DNA of 64,000 bases. Source: Thraustochytrium aureum (taxonomy: Eukaryota). The translations under genes and the position numbers were made by a program. Where the stretch lies: assembly GCA_012862495.1 (NCBI GenBank), contig BLSG01000058.1:144066-208065 (forward strand), in the 5' to 3' direction. The notes under the pieces were generated by a model that worked only from the letters and a program-made list of their open reading frames with translations, was not told the DNA's origin and searched no databases. Below are positions 12,569-24,900 of this stretch, in pieces. Within the stretch, counting starts at the first letter, position 1, and each line of letters starts with the position of its first letter.

Positions 12569-13871
12569 ATGATGCGGGCTGCGCTGCTGAGCAAGCAGGG
12601 CCCGATCGAAGGCAATCTAACGGTCGGCGAGTGCCCCAAGCCGGATTTGAAGAGTNNNNNNNNNNNNNNNNNNNNNNNNNNNNNNNNNNNNNNNNNNNNN
12701 NNNNNNNNNNNNNNNNNNNNNNNNNNNNNNNNNNNNNNNNNNNNNNNNNNNNNNNNNNNNNNNNNNNNNNNNNNNNNNNNNNNNNNNNNNNNNNNNNNNN
12801 NNNNNNNNNNNNNNNNNNNNNNNNNNNNNNNNNNNNNNNNNNNNNNNNNNNNNNNNNNNNNGAAGAGTGCCGGGAAAAGGCAACGTGCTGATTCGAGTGC
12901 ACGCCTGCTCGCTGAGCGCGGCAGCAGCGCACATGGTGCGGGGCAAGTTGTCAGCGGTCGTCAAGCCAAGGCGACTACCCTTTATTCCTGGGCAAGACGT
13001 TAGCGGCGTGGTGGAGCAAGTCATGCCAGGCTCGAAATTCGCTGTCGGAGACCGGGTGATGGGAACCAACGGCGCGACTCCATCTGGCGGAATGGCAGAG
13101 TACTGCATCCTCCAGGAAAAGTACAGCACCAAGATCCCAGACAACGTGCCGCACGTCGTCGCCTGCACGCTCCCGGACAGTGCGGTGACGGCTTTCGCAG
13201 CGGTCGAAGCCAACATAAAGCCAGGTCATCGGGTCATGGTGTACGGTGGCAGCGGTGGTGTCGGCAACTTGGTTATTCAAGCAGCAAAGGCCAAGGGTGC
13301 GGCCTTTGTGGCGACGACGAGCCGAGATCCCGGAATTTGCGAACGCGCTGGCGCTGACCTCGTGGTAAACTACCGCGAGACGGACTGGACCACGTTGCCA
13401 GAACTCCGCAGCCACAAGTTTGACGTGATCATCGACTGCGCTGGCGGCAAAGAAGCCTGGCGCCAGGCCCTGCGCGGGCCAGTCAAGTCTGGATTCCACG
13501 GCGGCGCGTTCATCGCAGTCGCACTGGAGAATCCGGACCCCGTGGCGCGAAACGTTTTTGAGGTCATCGGGATGATTGGGCCGGCCATGATGCGAGCCGT
13601 CACCACTCGCCTGATGCCGTGGCGCCCCCGCTTTAGCATGCACATCATCAACGCAACGCCGAAATTCCTCCCAAAGGTCGCTGGCTACGCGGGCTCTGGC
13701 AATCTTGTTCCCGTAATCGCCACAGGAGCGCCGTTTCCAATGACAGAGAAAGGCGTTCGCGACGCGCTCACGCTCCAGCTGAGCGGCCATGCGCACGGCA
13801 AGGTTGTTGTACAACTCGTGGAGGCCGACACCGTTGCGAGCGCCTCCGCCACCGCGAAGGAGCAGGAATAG
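12569..13871 (+). CDS. Medium-chain dehydrogenase/reductase, quinone oxidoreductase/RTN4IP1-like (gap 12656-12861)
   Basis: GroES-like N-domain 'VLIRVHACSL...PFIPGQDVSGVVE...FAVGDRV...GGMAEY'; Rossmann 'VMVYGGSGGVGNLVIQAAKAKGA'; 'FDVIIDCAG'; C-terminal 'GHAHGKVVV'. Confidence 0.9.
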
Positions 13872-14204
13872 AGCAGCCGTACAAAGTAATCAAATTGCAA
13901 ACCGTTTCGCCTTTATGATTGATCTTGAAAGATCAAGAACAGCCAGCCCGCAGCCCCAGCTCCGCGGGGGTTGTTTCAGAGAGCCGGGACTCTGCGGCGA
14001 AGCGGCGCAACGAGTTGCAGGCCAGCGTGAAATGGGAAAGCACGTGACGCCTCCTGAGCAAACGCGTCAAGATAATGTCGGAAGAGTTCCAATCGGGTCC
14101 TCGATCAGGATTCCGACAAGGCTAATTCTGCTGATGAAGATCGGAGAGCCCCAGAGTAACTCTTGCACAGCCCCAACCTCCAACAGGGCCGCCGCGAAGT
14201 AGAG

Positions 14205-15392
14205 CTATGGAGGTCCGCGGCGGCGCACGACGAGCGGGACGAGCTCACAGTTGGCGGGCCAGTGGTAGTCCGCCCCGAGCGCCTGTACAGAGTGCGCCAT
14301 GTACGAGCTATGGCCCACAACAGCGATGTAGCGCCAGCTCTCGGGGCAGCCAACGAGCCAGTTGTAAAAGATCGCAATGCGCTCCTCGACTTGCGCGTCG
14401 GTCTCGCGCTCTGGCGAGAACCACAGGTCGTGCTCGTCTTCCATGAACAGGTCAAAGTTGACTTCGGGAAACTTTTCCTTTAGCTCCGATACCGGGCGGC
14501 GCTTATCGCAGAGGTTCTTCCCAAAGCGCTCCCGGGTCATCTCCACCGCGAATGTGGGCACCTTGCCCCACACGTGAGCGAGGCCGTGCTTGGCGGTTTC
14601 TATCGCTCGCGTCAGCGGCGAGACGATGATGACGTCGACCTGCAGGCCTTCCTGGAGAGCGGCCCCGAGTGCGCTGTTGAGCTCGGCGCACTGCTTCAGG
14701 CCGACGTCGTTCAAGCAGGCATCAAAGTACTTTGGCGATTTTGCCTCGACCGACTCCCATCGCTCCGAGCCTAGCTCCCGCTCGGCCACGTTGTGTATTC
14801 CTTCGCCGTGGCGCACCAGGAGAACGGTCCTCGTTGCGCTCCTCTTGTTCGATAGTGCTTCGAAGCTGCGCTGGAAGTCTGTCCAGTCAGACCCGGGGCG
14901 CAGCCCGAGCCGCCACAGCTCTTTGTTGTCCGCCCTGNNNNNNNNNNNNNNNNNNNNNNNNNNNNNNNNNNNNNNNNNNNNNNNNNNNNNNNNNNNNNNN
15001 NNNNNNNNNNNNNNNNNNNNNNNNNNNNNNNNNNNNNNNNNNNNNNNNNNNNNNNNNNNNNNNNNNNNNNNNNNNNNNNNNNNNNNNNNNNNNNNNNNNN
15101 NNNNNNNNNNNNNNNNNNNNNNNNNNNNNNNNNNNNNNNNNNNNNNNNNNNNNNNNNNNNNNNNNNNNNNNNNNNNNNNNNNNNNNNNNNNNNNNNNNNN
15201 NNNNNNNNNNNNNNNNNNNNNNNNNNNNNNNNNNNNNNNNNNNNNNNNNNNNNNNNNNNNNNNNNNNNNNNNNNNNNNNNNNNNNNNNNNNNNNNNNNNN
15301 NNNNNNNNNNNNNNNNNNNNNNNNNNNNNNNNNNNNNNNNNNNNNNNNNNNNNNNNNNNNNNNNNNNNNNNNNNNNNNNNNNTTGTTCGCAT
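14205..15392 (-). CDS. Histidine phosphatase / phosphoglycerate mutase-like protein (gap 14938-15382; start uncertain)
   Basis: 'LLVRHGEGIHN' (RHG), 'DACLNDVGLKQ', 'IIVSPLTRAIETA', 'CDKRR', 'IAVVGHSS', 'NCE'. Confidence 0.88.
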   Translation of the reverse strand: MRTXXXXXXXXXXXXXXXXXXXXXXXXXXXXXXXXXXXXXXXXXXXXXXXXXXXXXXXXXXXXXXXXXXXXXXXXXXXXXXXXXXXXXXXXXXXXXXXXXXXXXXXXXXXXXXXXXXXXXXXXXXXXXXXXXXXXXXXXXXXXXXXXXXXXXRADNKELWRLGLRPGSDWTDFQRSFEALSNKRSATRTVLLVRHGEGIHNVAERELGSERWESVEAKSPKYFDACLNDVGLKQCAELNSALGAALQEGLQVDVIIVSPLTRAIETAKHGLAHVWGKVPTFAVEMTRERFGKNLCDKRRPVSELKEKFPEVNFDLFMEDEHDLWFSPERETDAQVEERIAIFYNWLVGCPESWRYIAVVGHSSYMAHSVQALGADYHWPANCELVPLVVRRRGPP

Positions 15393-15649
15393 TGTTCTCT
15401 CGTGGAACTCTGCTTCTGTTCTTTGTTGCGTTCGTTGCTCGTTGTTCGTTTGGTGCGGTTTGCGGGTTTGACCGTTGGAGAGGGGTGCGCGCACGCGGCG
15501 TTGGAGGCCCAACGCGGACGCGCAGCGGGGCGTCTTGGCGCGTGGAGCAGGCTTACCGCGCGCCGTGCCACTGCGTGCGCGATTGATCCCGTGTTTGGGC
15601 TGACGGAGGCTCGGCTGTTGGGCTGCACGGCCGGCAAGGCCCCGCTGGG

Positions 15650-18250
15650 ATGGCGGAGCAGCGGATGCGTGGCTTGACGCCGGACTCTGCGGGGGACAGC
15701 GCGTCGAGGGACGCGGCTGCGGAGGCCACGCAGCTCGAGGCCAACGAGGCGCAACATGGAGACGGCCAGGGGCTCGATGACTTGAGCCAGTGGCTTGAGG
15801 CCGTGCAGGCGGAAGACGAGGACGACGAGGACGAGGACGTCATGGAGGAGCTCGAGCGCAAGGAGGAAGAGCTGCGGCAGAGCGCCTTGCCAGAGCCCGA
15901 GCGGTGGGCAGAATCGGAGCAAGCCAAAGCGCTAGAGGACTCGAGAAAGAGGATCCAGTCCACGGGCCTGCGCAACCACTTGGTGGAGTTTGAAGCGTCA
16001 ATCAAGGATCGCAAGCTACGCGTCGGAAGCATCTCCAAGGACGAGGCCGAGGCGAGGCTGCGCAAGCTCCAAGAACGGCGCAAGCAAGACAAAGAGCGCA
16101 TCCGCGACAACCTGATCAAGCAGCAGGAGGACATCGCGGCGCGTGAGGCTGCAGCCCGGCTGCGCGTGGTCGAGGAGCACGAGTCGAAACGCAGCGCACT
16201 CGAGCTGGCCAAGCAGTCGCTCGCCGACCAGCTCGAGACTGTGGAGCCTCGCCTCCGACGCGAGTTTAAGAAGCGCGAGGACGACTTTCGCGAGGTCGTC
16301 AAGCGCCAAGACGCAGCTGTCCGCGAGACGTACGGCGACCTCCACGCAGACTACACCTACAAGCCCCGAGAACTCCTCATTGATACGACGGCGCGCGTTC
16401 CGCAGCACGTAACCCTGCTCGCGCACTTTGCGCGTGGAATCAAAGACAAACTCAGTCGTGGCAGGTACTGCCTCGTCGCGTACTTGTTGGACGAGATAGG
16501 CGGCGCTCCACTTCGATTCACCAACACAGAAACGCCAACCGTATCAGAGTCAGTGCGGCACTTTGGGCGATTCAGCGACTTTCAGCTCAACCTGAACCTC
16601 CCGCTCACGGTGGTGTGCCCATCGGACCGCGCTATCCGCCCGTCGAATGTGTTTATCCTCGAGCTGTACCAAACCGAGCCAATCCTGGCCAAATCCGACG
16701 CGGCGGCCGAACCCGCCACGTCGCCGAGAGAATCCGCGAAGCCGACCGCGGCCCGCACCTTGGACGGCGTCCGGCTCTCACGGGCCGTTGGTTGGACTGC
16801 GCTGCCGATGGTGGACGGCAGAAACCAGTTTACAACAGGCGGCTTCCGGCTTCCCAGTGCTCAAAGGCCCGTACAGCGGTTCGTTTGACCGGTACTACAA
16901 GATCGAGCGCGCGTACGAGCAGAACCTTGACGCGTGGCTCTGTAATCTGTACGTGAGTGTCTCGCGCGAGGCGCCGCTCGCAGCGCAGGCCCAGTCCAGC
17001 GAGCAGGTTGATTTTGTTGACCATCTTCGCGCGCTTTTTCCGCTGGATGCCGCAAAGCCCGAGCCGACGATTGAATCTGGCGGCAAATGGAGGCGCGGGG
17101 TCGGGCTCGTCTCCACGCTCACCAAGGTGCGGCGCCGTTTGCCATTCGGCGGTTCGCACGCCGTTGCGCCAGGCCTGGAGACGGCTGCCAGCGACGCAGC
17201 CAAATCTGCAGCGAGCTCGCCCAAGCCTGTGCAGAGCTTCGCAGGCGAGAATCTGGTCCAAAGACCGCTTCGCTCTCGGCTGACTTTGACGATTTCGAGT
17301 ATGCTGTGGAGCGCACGCCGAAGACGCACAAAGAGTCTGCCGCGACACATATCCGCTACTTGAAGCAAGAGGCGTTCGCGACGTTTGCGGGCCCGCGCCG
17401 CCACTCGAACGAGCTGTGGCTCGTGCTGTTCTTGTTTGTCCTTGCGTTTTGGCTGCGCATGTACGTTCACTTTTTCGGACAGTACCTCTATCTCACTCTC
17501 GGCAAGCACGCCGCCGTGTTTGACTTTCAGGTCCTGGTGCACAGGTGCGTGCTAAAGTACTCGCTGGCCTCGATCCCGCTCTTTCACCAGGTGGGCGTCA
17601 TTATGGTGGGGACCTTCTCGTGTCTTCTCGTCTTCGCTGGTTTTGCGATCCTGAGCCTCTTTGGCCAGCGCGTGGCTGGTCACCTTCCTGGCGCCGTGTC
17701 CCGGTTCGTGCTGTTTTTCGGGATAGTTACCGTCCTTGACCCGTACTTGGTCTTGCTCGTGGACGTCGCCTCGGGAAACTGGTCGTGCGAGACCGCTTGC
17801 TTGGGGGACCTCGGCGGCCGCGTTTGCTCGTGCTCAGAGACGGACGTCTACCGGATCATTCAGCACTTTAGCAGGTATGAAGGCGCGGTGATGAACGCAG
17901 CCTACCTCGTGCTGTTGGTCTACTTGGTGACTACGATGGTCTGCGCTGTTGTTTTCGCGGTCTACTTTGTGTTTGTTCACCGTAACGGGCGCTCGCACGA
18001 CTTGTACCGCCGTCTTCACCTCACGGAGGAGTGGTTTTTCCTTCCACACGACAACGAGGTTACCTCGGCATACGTCGGCCTCGTGCGCCACCGCGCCACC
18101 GAGTGGCTCGGGCCCAGCGGCGCGACGCGCAAGGTGGTGCTGTCATCGGACACGGATCGGTCTGTTCTCACGATCGTGCAGTCGCAGCGGGTCTGGCGCT
18201 CGTTCTCCCTGAACCACGACGGGGTCATTCTGGAGGACCTGCTGTACTAG
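15650..18250 (+). CDS. Coiled-coil + C2-like + multi-TM protein resembling the OFCC1 family (frameshifts ~16854 and ~17250)
   Basis: Three overlapping + ORFs (15650-16888, 16647-17363, 17087-18250). 'RGIKDKLSRGRY..LLDEIGG', 'VGWTALP..GGFRLPVLKG..DRYYKIE..NLDAWLCNLY', then TM segments 'FWLRMYVHFFGQYLYL' and 'HRNGRSHDLYRRL..FFLPHDNEV'. The OFCC1 resemblance is from memory. Confidence 0.65.
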
Positions 18251-18865
18251 CAGGCCGCTCGCTACCTACTTATGTTTTTAANNNNNNNNNNNNNNNNNNN
18301 NNNNNNNNNNNNNNNNNNNNNNNNNNNNNNNNNNNNNNNNNNNNNNNNNNNNNNNNNNNNNNNNNNNNNNNNNNNNNNNNNNNNNNNNNNNNNNNNNNNN
18401 NNNNNNNNNNNNNNNNNNNNNNNNNNNNNNNNNNNNNNNNNNNNNNNNNNNNNNNNNNNNNNTGCCAGCCTCGCAAGCCAGGCAGCAACTGCGCGCGCTG
18501 GCAGAGCCATCAGGCGCCACCCTCCGACCTGCTGGATCCAGTGACGCAAAAGGTTGCCGAGAGGCCTCCGCCGCAGCTCTTCTCTCCCGCCCACGTTGCG
18601 CCGGCTGCCGCGCGCCAAGCCGCCGGGGCACGGCCGCCCCTCCCGGGCCCTCGCGCGCCTTCAAGCAGCTCGCCAAGGTGAGCGTGGGCGCCCGCGCGTC
18701 CCGCGTGAAGTGGCGTCGTCGTGTCAGGGGTTTGCCCATCAGAAGCGACCGCTCCAGCTGGTGGAGCGAGGTGCACGCCACGCCACGCCACCCCACGCCA
18801 CGCCACTCGATTGGGGACGTGCCGCTGCTGAGGTGGCGCCGGCTTCGGCCCGGGCAGCCGCGGCG

Positions 18866-19926
18866 ATGGCGGCCTCGACAGTGGCGGCCGTGCTCACGGC
18901 GAACCCCGCTCAGCTCATGGACGAGTTGGTGAAACCGATCCACGGGACCAACCCGATCAACCTCGTGGAGAAGATCGTGCGGCAGCGGATTGTTGAGTCG
19001 ACGTACTGGCTGCAGCACTGCTTTGCGCTCAACAGCGAAGGGCTCGTGGACAAAGGCGCCGAGCTGGAGGCCGTGGGCGGAGTGTGCAGCGAGAACAACA
19101 AGCCCACGCCCTTCTTGTGCCTCGTGTTCAAAATGCTCCAGATGACCCCGAGCCTGGAGATCTTGCGGGAGCTCGTGGAGAATGGCGAGTTCAAGTACCT
19201 CAGGGCGCTCGCTGCGTTCTACCTGCGCCTCGTTGGCGCCCCAGCCGCAATTTACACAATGCTCGAGCCCCTGCTCGCCGACTATTCCAAGCTCCGGGTG
19301 CAGACTCGCTCGGGATGGCAAATGACTACCATGGACCAGTTCGTGGACACGCTGCTTCAGGAAGGCTTTGCTTGCGACATCACCCTGCCGCGGCTGCCAG
19401 AGCGAAAGGTCCTCGAAGTAAACGGGCTGTTGCCCCCGTACGAATCGCCATTGCAGCGCAAGCTCGAGCGCGGAGACGACGGCGGCGACGACGGCTTGTC
19501 CGATGTCTCTCTCGACACCGACTTGGATGCGGCCGAGGGCGTCGGCAGTGCGGCCAGTGGAGCTGTCAAAACTACGATTTCGACTGACCGCGGCGCAGTT
19601 GACTCGCCGCGCCCGAGGAAGCGCGAACAGACCGAGACAGAGCTTGCAGCAAGCCAAGGGTCAAGTAAAGCGGCCCGGCGCGATAAAGAGGACAAGAGGC
19701 GCGACAAGAAAGTCAGCAAGGACAAGAAGGACAAAAAGGACAAGAAGGACAAAAGGACAAGAAGGACAAAAGGGACAAGCGCCACAAGCTGTTTGTGAAG
19801 GGTCTCAAGCAGCAAGCCTCGCCGCACCAGGTCGGTCCCGGAGGTTCAACTGCCGGCAGCGGGGGCTCGCTTGAAGATGATAATCGGCTGCGGGAAAAGC
19901 TTGGTCTGCCGCCACTGAGACCCTAG
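18866..19926 (+). CDS. PRPF38A: Pre-mRNA splicing factor PRP38 (38A-type) with C-terminal HIND motif (frameshift ~19751-19755)
   Basis: 'IHGTNPINLVEKIVRQRIVESTYW..CFAL..KPTPFLCLVFKMLQ..FKYLRALAAFYLRL..LEPLLADYSKLR..MDQFVDTLL..CDITLPRL'. Restoring one A in the KDK repeat reads on to 'SLEDDNRLREKLGLPPLRP*' at 19924-19926. Confidence 0.95.
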
Positions 19927-20079
19927 CGCTACCAAGTGAGCAGCAAGCAGCTCCCGGCCAGTGCGAGCGGCAAGGCAGTACGCGGCGCCTGACAAGAGCT
20001 GCAAGCAGTTATCAAAGCAATACGTGAGTTTCAGCCCGCTCCAAACGACATACCTACATTAGAAATACTCTCGAATATC

Positions 20080-20520
20080 TCAGATCATCTCGGAGCGGTT
20101 GTTAAGGATTGCGTTTACGTCTTCCTGCGAAGCGCCGGCCTGCAGCATGCGCTGCTTGAGAACATGCGTCTGCACGTTGGCGGCCCACTTGCCAAAATTG
20201 TCGCCCATGATGGAGAGAATGTAGCCGCCGCCCTCGCCCTCCTCCTCTGCGTCGTCGGGGACTGCCTCGAGCGCCTTGAGCGTGTCTGCCCGCAGTTTGC
20301 GCTGGCTGGATTCCGCCACCCTGTACTTCTCGGCGAGCTCGTTGAACAAGTCCTCCTCGCGGCCGGAAAACTCTTCGAGCATGGCGTCCACCTCGTCAAG
20401 GCGCTCTGGCGCGACTTCGGAGAGAAAGGCGCTGACGATGGCAAAGTTGATGTCATACGCGGCTTGGCTCTCGAGCGCTTTGGCGAGTTCACCCATCCAC
20501 ATGACAACCTCCTCCTCCTC
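20080..20520 (-). CDS. 5'-truncated CDS with a small helical domain; possibly the tail of the giant AAA-vWA gene
   Basis: 'VSAFLSEVAPERLDEVDAMLEEFSGREEDLFNELAEKY' resembles a short helical module common in protist proteins. The frame is open upstream (EEEEVV) into low-quality bases and the junk tract/gap. Confidence 0.65.
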   Translation of the reverse strand, partial: EEEEVVMWMGELAKALESQAAYDINFAIVSAFLSEVAPERLDEVDAMLEEFSGREEDLFNELAEKYRVAESSQRKLRADTLKALEAVPDDAEEEGEGGGYILSIMGDNFGKWAANVQTHVLKQRMLQAGASQEDVNAILNNRSEMI

Positions 20521-20559
20521 NCNNCNCTGNCTCTCGTGCTAGTCNCNCNCGTCGTACGT

Positions 20560-21158
<599 letters not shown>

Positions 21159-21945
21159 NNNNNNNNNNNNNNNNNNNNNNNNNNNNNNNNNNNNNNNNNN
21201 NNNNNNNNNNNNNNNNNNNNNNNNNNNNNNNNNNNNNNNNNNNNNNNNNNNNNNNNNNNNNNNNNNNNNNNNNNNNNNNNNNNNNNNNNNNNNNNNNNNN
21301 NNNNNNNNNNNNNNNNNNNNNNNNNNNNNNNNNNNNNNNNNNNNNNNNNNNNNNNNNNNNNNNNNNNNNNNNNNNNNNNNNNNNNNNNNNNNNNNNNNNN
21401 NNNNNNNNNNNNNNNNNNNNNNNNNNNNNNNNNNNNNNNNNNNNNNNNNNNNNNNNNNNNNNNNNNNNNNNNNNNNNNNNNNNNNNNNNNNNNNNNNNNN
21501 NNNNNNNNNNNNNNNNNNNNNNNNNNNNNNNNNNNNNNNNNNNNNNNNNNNNNNNNNNNNNNNNNNNNNNNNNNNNNNNNNNNNNNNNNNNNNNNNNNNN
21601 NNNNNNNNNNNNNNNNNNNNNNNNNNNNNNNNNNNNNNNNNNNNNNNNNNNNNNNNNNNNNNNNNNNNNNNNNNNNNNNNNNNNNNNNNNNNNNNNNNNN
21701 NNNNNNNNNNNNNNNNNNNNNNNNNNNNNNNNNNNNNNNNNNNNNNNNNNNNNNNNNNNNNNNNNNNNNNNNNNNNNNNNNNNNNNNNNNNNNNNNNNNN
21801 NNNNNNNNNNNNNNNNNNNNNNNNNNNNNNNNNNNNNNNNNNNNNNNNNNNNNNNNNNNNNNNNNNNNNNNNNNNNNNNNNNNNNNNNNNNNNNNNNNNN
21901 NNNNNNNNNNNNNNNNNNNNNNNNNNNNNNNNNNNNNNNNNNNNN

Positions 21946-24900
21946 ATCCGACGACGTGGACCTTGAAACCGATAGAAGAATTAAAGCCCCGGCCGATGCT
22001 GTCAAACACCGCGCCTGCCTGCGCCGCGTCGTGTGCGCAACCGTCCGTCATCATAACGATTACGGGCGTACGGCCTGGCCCAGATCTATTGATAACGTGC
22101 TGCGCAAGTTGCGCCGCCGGCAAGAACGCCGTGCCGCCGCTATACTGCGCACCTAGGGAAGCACCTGCGAGGGGCACGTTTTCTGCCACAATGCGAGCCG
22201 ACTCGTTGAACTGAATCACAGTGGCGGTATCCTTGAGCATCTGGCTGGCGATGCGCGCATTTCGAAACTTGTCAAACGCTGTGCAAAGTTCTCGCCAGGG
22301 TGCTCCGGCCATGCTCCCGCTCTCGTCGAGGATAAAAACAAAGTGGTACCCTGCTTGCGCCTTCGCATCGGCCATCGGGATCCGCGACAGCCGCTTGCGC
22401 TGAGCATGCGGCGCCGTCGCAGCACCTTCAGCCTCAGATGCTGCGCGCTCCATCTCAGTGTACAGACAAGACGTCGCGCCCGGGTCACAGTCCCCAAGAA
22501 TGGCGACCACGTCGTTCTGAAGGCCGCACACGAACGCCTCTTGGAGGGCACTGCGTGTTGCATCGCTAGCCTCAGGCCGCGAATCAAGCATCGCCGACAT
22601 GTTGCCGCAGAACTCGTTCCTCATTGACTCGGGGATGAAATCTGAGCCGTGCGCCGGCGCATCCGTGAGGAGGAGGACAAACCTTGCCATCGCAAAGCCG
22701 GCAGACCAGTCCGGCAGCTGCATCACGCGCAGCAGCGCTTCTGCAGAGTCCTCGGCGATGTCGTCACCCCCACCTGGCTGCAGACGATCGATGGCACTCA
22801 GAGCCTCTTCGACGTTGTTGGTGAAATGCGGTGTGTCCCCTTCGCAGCTGCCGAGCTTGAGGACGTCGATCGAGCCGCAGTCGCGGAAGACAGTCACAGA
22901 GACGTAAACCATAATGTCCCACCCGTACTCGTCCAGAACCCGCTTGGGAATGGACAGTTCGCCCTGCAAAATTCCCCTGATCTGCTGTTTGATGCTGGGG
23001 AGAAACGCTGCCATGCTTCCAGTGCAGTCGACCACAAATGCGAGCGCGACACCGACCTCGGCAGGAGCCCCGCCTTGGACCAGCTTGAGCTCGCGCTCGA
23101 TCTTGAGCTTGCCCTGCAGGTCGGCCCAGACCCTGGCGGACTCTCGCAGGATCTCCCCGGCGTCGTCGCCGTCGCACTCATCGCCGACCTCCAAACGCTC
23201 CGGCTCGGCTGCCCCTTTCGTGACAAGTAGGTGCTGCAGCGCCTGCGAGATGGACCGAGGCACTGCGGCGCTCGCTGAGCGAGTGTAAACTTGTCCGCAG
23301 CCAAAGTCGTCCAGGCCCACACTCAGGGCGACTACCGTGATTCCGGCATCCTCGCACTTGCCCACCTCACTCCGAAGGCGAGCAGGCGCTGAGCTGTGGC
23401 CGTCCGTCAACACGATCATCAGCTTGCCGCTCCGCGAGTCGCCGGCTAGCAGAGAGCGCGAGACGCTTAGCGCCTCGGCGTCGCTCGTGCTCGTGTTCGA
23501 GCTGCACCCTGCGACCCGCTCGAGGACGGCCAGAGCCGCCAGCTCGTCCCAAGGCTCGTCGGGCGCCTTGACAAGGTCGACGCGCGACCCGAACGTGGTC
23601 ACGCTAAACCCGCTGAGTCCCAAGTCGTCCAAGGCGAACGCAAGGACCAGAAGCGTCTGTACAGCGCACTCCAAAAGGTGCCCCTGCATGCTCTGCGAGA
23701 CGTCCAGGGCAAGGGCGATGTCGTACTTCCGTTTGCCGCCAGCTGTGCGGGCCGCAAAGATCTTCTTGTACTCAAACTTGGTCACGATCGCCTTGATAAG
23801 CCCCGGGGTGTGAAACTGCGACCCTCGAAAGCTAGCCCGCTTGCGTGTGAAGCGGTTCACGGGGAGAACGCGCTCGGCCAGAACCTCCTCAAGCTCCGCG
23901 ACGCTTGCTGCAAGCTTCTTGCGGGCCTGACGGAGCGCGTCGCGCACCGCTGAAACGGAGGCGTCACGCGCTGCTCCGGCTCGCTCCGCTGCACGGTGAC
24001 GCAGCAACTGCTCAACGCTGACGTCCTCCNNNNNNNNNNNNNNNNNNNNNNNNNNNNNNNNNNNNNNNNNNNNNNNNNNNNNNNNNNNNNNNNNNNNNNN
24101 NNNNNNNNNNNNNNNNNNNNNNNNNNNNNNNNNNNNNNNNNNNNNNNNNNNNNNNNNNNNNNNNNNNNNNNNNNNNNNNNNNNNNNNNNNNNNNNNNNNN
24201 NNNNNNNNNNNNNNNNNNNNNNNNNNNNNNNNNNNNNNNNNNNNNNNNNNNNNNNNNNTCGATTCCTCCAGCGTGACGGGCTCGCGGAGCACCATGCCAA
24301 GCGCAGCATCGGCCGGGTGCTTCGGCATCGAGCTGGTGCGTGACCGCCCAGAGGCGGCCCTACCTGGGCGCTTGAGCTGGCCATCTCGAGCCCCCAACTC
24401 GCAGATGCTGACCAGGCAGTCCTTCGTAGCATCCAGAAGGCTGTCGTAGCGGCGGTCTCGAGCAGAAGCTTTCGCAGGTACGCTTGGCTCAGCCGTCGTC
24501 TGGCCGAGCAGCGCCTCCTGTTTGACCAAAAAGTAAAGCCCCCCAGACTGCAAACTGAGCGCTTCAAACATGTCCAGGTGCTGCGAGGTCTTCGGGTAGG
24601 TGTGGAGTACGCTAAAGTCGACGCCAAAGTCTTCCCGGAGCGCGTCGATTCCCGCGTTTGAGACGTCACGCGCCAAGCCGTCCGAGATCAAAACGACCAC
24701 CCGCCGCGCAGCTGGACTTGTGGCCTCCCGCGCTCCAAACACCTTCTCCGCGACCATGCGCGTGCAGCTTGCAATTTTGCTGCTCTCGTTGAAAGTAAGT
24801 CCAGCCAAAACCATCTCGCCGGCGCCAGCGCCAAAGGCGTCGTCAAAGTCCTTGAGCACTCTGCAGCTCTTTGGGTCACCGATCGCGGCCACCGAAAACT

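Noticed and set aside
12656..12861. Inserted domain in the MDR N-terminus
   Set aside because: GAAGAGT flanks both sides of the gap and the fold reads through directly, so the gap is probably spurious or an intron.
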